A stretch of DNA of 62,944 nucleotides, filler included, from Lenisia limosa (taxonomy: Eukaryota > Protista > Breviatea): the NCBI GenBank assembly GCA_001655205.1. It is 11 parts of 11 records of this genome, joined end to end, with 100 filler letters (N's around TTAATTAATTAA, not from the genome) between each part and the next. Parts side by side here need not be neighbours in the genome. Positions count along the whole stretch, not along the records: positions 59,529 to 61,395 come from LPNZ01009864.1; positions 61,496 to 62,944 come from LPNZ01003759.1; 9 more parts are not named here. One strand, written 5' to 3'. The translations under genes were made by a program, and so were the position numbers. Below the pieces are notes generated by a model. That model saw only the letters and a list, made by a program, of their open reading frames with translations, made no database searches and was not told the DNA's origin. How positions within the stretch are numbered: the first letter of the stretch is position 1; every line of letters begins with the position of its first letter. This document shows positions 59,529-62,944 of the stretch, one piece after another.

Positions 59529-61352
59529 GAGGATGGCACCCCAGCCAAGGGATGTCTGGAAGAGACCTGTGGGGATCTGTCTTGGATCAGCCCATGCAAC
59601 ATCTGTGTCGAGGGCCTCTCCGGTGCGTCTCCATATTTAAAGCGATATATCAGCAAACATCAGTGAAAATATCAGGATTAATCAAGCAATTCGGTCTTAT
59701 TCGTGTATCTCAGTGACAATATTATGAATTATTTGAGAAATTCTGTCTTTTTCGTGGGGGTAGCGGGGGAAAGTATGGGTGTTTGTGTATTGGGCAATAT
59801 TTCATAAATTGTAATCAATATTTGGTGAATTAATATGCTGGGAGGCACGCATCTGTGTGCACAGAGTTGAAAGGCAACTGATTTGATAATTCTGGGGTTT
59901 TTTGTTTTAAAATAATCCAATTTTTACCCCCCCCCCCCNNNNNNNNNNNNNNNNNNNNNNNNNNNNNNNNNNNNNNNNNNNNNNNNNNNNNNNNNNNNNC
60001 CTGCTACGGATCCGCTGTTGAAGACACCTGTGGAAACTGCTTCAGCAGCGGCGACTCTGGCATTTCCATTCTCCAGGGCGGGCAGGTTGGACAAATATCG
60101 ATGGTTTTCGAGGGTTTTTTTGAGTTTTTTTTTGAGAATTTATCGAGGAATTATCGAGGGTTTATCGAGGATTTATCAAGGATTTATCGAGGGTTTATCG
60201 AGTGGTTTATCGAGGGTTTATCGGGGGTTTATTGAGATTTTATCGAAGATTAATCCTTACCCTACCTCCTCTCTTACCCTCATTTTTGCGGTGCTGCAGA
60301 AGCGACAGGCCTGGGCTTTGTTTTGTTGTTATCAACCCTCGTGTGTTGTCAGCCGACAGAGTTGATTTGAGCTTTTTTTTGTTTCATTTATTTTCTAATT
60401 TTACCCCCCCCCCCTCCTCCCAGGTGTGTATGACAGATGCAGTGGAGTGTCCGACCTGCGAGTCTGAATCAAGCTCTTTTGTGCACTCCACGCTTGGTGG
60501 GTGTACCAATGTTCTATTAGGGCTTCACTTCGGTTCGAAAAAAGACTGAATTTCTAGATAATATTCGAAAATTATCAATATTTTACAGATATTTTTCGAA
60601 CCGAAGTGAGCCCTAATTACATGTAATAATAATTATATGTACTATATAAATATCACATAGCCATAAACAAAGCGTCCTTTTTCACTAAATTTATTGTAGG
60701 CTAAGCCATTGTAACGTCCCCAGGAATTGTAGTCATTGCAGTAGTGAGCAGCATTATCACAGGGATTGCATTTGTCCTTCATAACCACCATCAATGGGCA
60801 GTGCTTCAGAAGGAATGGTTTGAATTTAATCGCTTATAGGGAAAGTTTTGCTTACATCGGGAGTAATGATTTCCTTACACTTTAGGGGAACAATGTTAAG
60901 GCCGGCACAAAAAGACTTCATCATTCACCACACAACTGCTTGGAGGAAAGGTGAGCGGATTGAAGAGTCTTTCCTGGGATAGAATCTCTCCCCCTCTCTC
61001 TTCATCCTATCACCCCCCCCCCATATTCATGATTTTGGGCCATTTTTTGTTTCATAAATTTTCCAATTAACTGGCCCCGGTTTGGGATGCGGTGCTGCAT
61101 AAGTGACTGGCCTGGGCTTTGNNNNNNNNNNNNNNNNNNNNNNNNNNNNNNNNNNNNNNNNNNNNNNNNNNNNNNNNNNNNNNNNNNNNNNNNNNNNNNN
61201 NNNNNNNNNNNNNNNNNNNNNNNNNNNNNNNNNNNNCTCTCCCAGGAAAGATTCTGGGAAAGGGCCAGGCCGGGAACGTCTACATGGCTCTTCTGTCTAA
61301 CGGCTTCTTTCTGGCAGCCAAGGAAATATACTGTCCTGTGGGGCGTGATGAG
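59529..61352 (+). CDS. Single-pass receptor-type kinase: Cys-rich ectodomain, TM helix, start of a MAP3K/STE11-like kinase domain (both ends missing)
   Basis: Exons 59529-59622, ~60000-60085, 60424-60496, 60706-60817, 60886-60950, 61246-61352; the last four junctions are phase-consistent. They encode CLEETCGDLSWISPCNICVEG / CYGSAVEDTCGNC / CPTCE / GIVVIAVVSSIITGIAFVL / WRKGKILGKGQAGNVYMALLSNGFFLAAKEI. Confidence 0.8.
60288..60423 (+). repeat. Family B repeat, best full-length copy, ending at a splice acceptor
   Basis: GCGGTGCTGCAGAAGCGACAGGCCTGGGCTTTGTTTTGTTGTTATCAACCCTCGTGTGTTGTCAGCCGACAGAGTTGATTTGAGC...TTCTAATTTTACCCCCCCCCCTCCTCCCAG|GTG. Confidence 0.85.
60520..60613. mobile_element. Family A MITE, subtype 1
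   Basis: TA-GGGCTTCACTTCGGTTCGAAAAAAGAC...TTTTTCGAACCGAAGTGAGCCC-TA. Confidence 0.82.
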
Positions 61353-62944
61353 GTGGGTGGATTGTTTTTTATTTTGGTTATTTGATCACCTTTTCNNNNN
61401 NNNNNNNNNNNNNNNNNNNNNNNNNNNNNNNNNNNNNNNTTAATTAATTAANNNNNNNNNNNNNNNNNNNNNNNNNNNNNNNNNNNNNNNNNNNNCTCTC
61501 ATGTGTTGTCAGCCAACAGAGTTGATTTTGGGCATTTCGTGTTACGTAAATTTTCAAATTTTACCCCCCCCCCCTCCTCGAATCTTAATGCCCATACTCG
61601 CTTTACCCCTCCAGCCAAGAAGTCTACATTCAGTGAAGAGGCAGGCAAAGTAGCAACCCAGCAGGTGAACACTTCCCATTGTATCTATCAGGAAAAAAAA
61701 AACACATATTCACCATCATTTCGAATTCTCTCACAACGATAGATTGTTGCTGTCAGAGAAGCACTTTCACAGGTGGTAGACAGGTCACAGCTGGCACTCT
61801 CCGATGTTGCTGTTCTCTTTGGCCCAGAAATATCACAGGTCAGCACCACAGATCATGCGAAAATTTCTCGGAAATCGAGAGGAATCAAAGAATTCAATGA
61901 AATAGTTGTTATATTTAAATAATTGAACGGGTCCCTGACTCGGGGTGCATGAAACCCTGTGTTCATTTGTTTATAATATTGTGCCTTACCCTCCTTCCCC
62001 CCCCCCCCCNNNNNNNNNNNNNNNNNNNNNNNNNNNNNNNNNNNNNNNNNNNNNNNNNNNNTTAAATATAAGTTTGGTGTATTATTTTTCAAGGAATCTT
62101 CTCTTGCACCTCAATCTCAGTCACCTGTACATCGCTCAACTAGAGTGCTCAGTCGGTTTTTATCAACCTTATAGAGTGTGCTTTCAGCCTTCAGTGACGC
62201 CCCATCCCTTCGCCTGGACACTGAGGCTGGTTTAGGCGAAGCCCGTCCAAATGAATCGTCTCCAGTGGGGGAGGGGGGGTGGACTTACGTGTGTTTTTGT
62301 TTTCTTAAGATTTCCATATCATTTTATTCTCTTTTAGTCGTTCTTAGCTGCGACATCCATGCATAACTTGGCCATTATCGTTGCACTCACCACCACGGGA
62401 GTGGCACGGGTCAGGAGCGAACACTCAGATTTGGTCAAGGTTGCTAATATTGAGCGTACTGGCTGTGGGTGGCTGTGACTCTTTTCTATTGTCCCCCTTC
62501 TCCATTTCATTTATTTTTTCACTTAGTTTGATGATTCCTTTTGTTTGTTTTGACATTTTAGTGGAAGATAAACTCAGAAAAGCAGAGTCCCAGGTTATCA
62601 AACTGACCAGAAAGGTGGGTTAAATATCATATTGCTTTTTCGTCGTTTCCACTTACACACCGAAACTTATGTATCTCAGAGCTTTGATCTTCAACGGTCA
62701 AACCAAAGAGACCAGCTCAAAAATGAAACCAAGTGAGTAACTGTTGTTTATCTTTTCTTGTTTTTCCCATTTCTCTATGTATTCTCAGCCACATCTTTAA
62801 AATATTGTTCGCCTGTTTCATGCAACATTATTCACCTTCCCAGACTAGCTGAAGTCACAAGAAAGGCCCTTGATGAATCCGAAATGGCTACCAGCCAAAT
62901 CCAGGTGATTGGATGATGTACCCAAAATGAAACATATCCAAAAA

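Noticed and set aside
612-60613. Palindromic family A repeats as a CRISPR array
   Set aside because: They are dispersed singly in eukaryotic introns, with no spacer periodicity or cas genes.
7022-61451. Recurring TTAATTAATTAA as a biological repeat, and apparent synteny across it
   Set aside because: It is always centred in exactly 44+44 N and has stops in all frames, so it is an assembly spacer. Neighbouring scaffolds are unlinked.

Overview
Eukaryotic draft sequence, not a contiguous locus: 11 scaffolds are joined by 10 artificial 100-nt spacers (44 N + TTAATTAATTAA + 44 N), and there are many internal N gaps. Two architectures are present. (1) Ten scaffolds (about 1-6977 and 27188-62944) look like an intron-rich, repeat-rich flagellated eukaryote. 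They carry IFT172, SKP1-like and WDR59-like genes, a Cys-rich/TM/MAP3K-type receptor kinase and a probable membrane nucleotidyl cyclase. Their introns hold a ~95-bp TA-flanked MITE (family A), two other MITE families, and a ~135-nt hairpin repeat (family B) that sits in sense orientation at intron 3' ends. (2) Scaffold 7078-27087 has none of these repeats and carries compact genes with 22-59-nt introns (ASF1, TKL kinase, GGC1, CDK8-like, FAM172A/Arb2) between decayed elements. It probably comes from a second eukaryote. Main result: in that scaffold, six introns in three conserved genes (two more in an unidentified gene) are best parsed as GT...TTG rather than GT...AG. No canonical or shifted junction restores the conserved alignment, and two of the three ASF1 cases are also forced by frameshifts and the third by in-frame stops. 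All gene models were parsed by hand and homologies recognised from memory; no searches were run.
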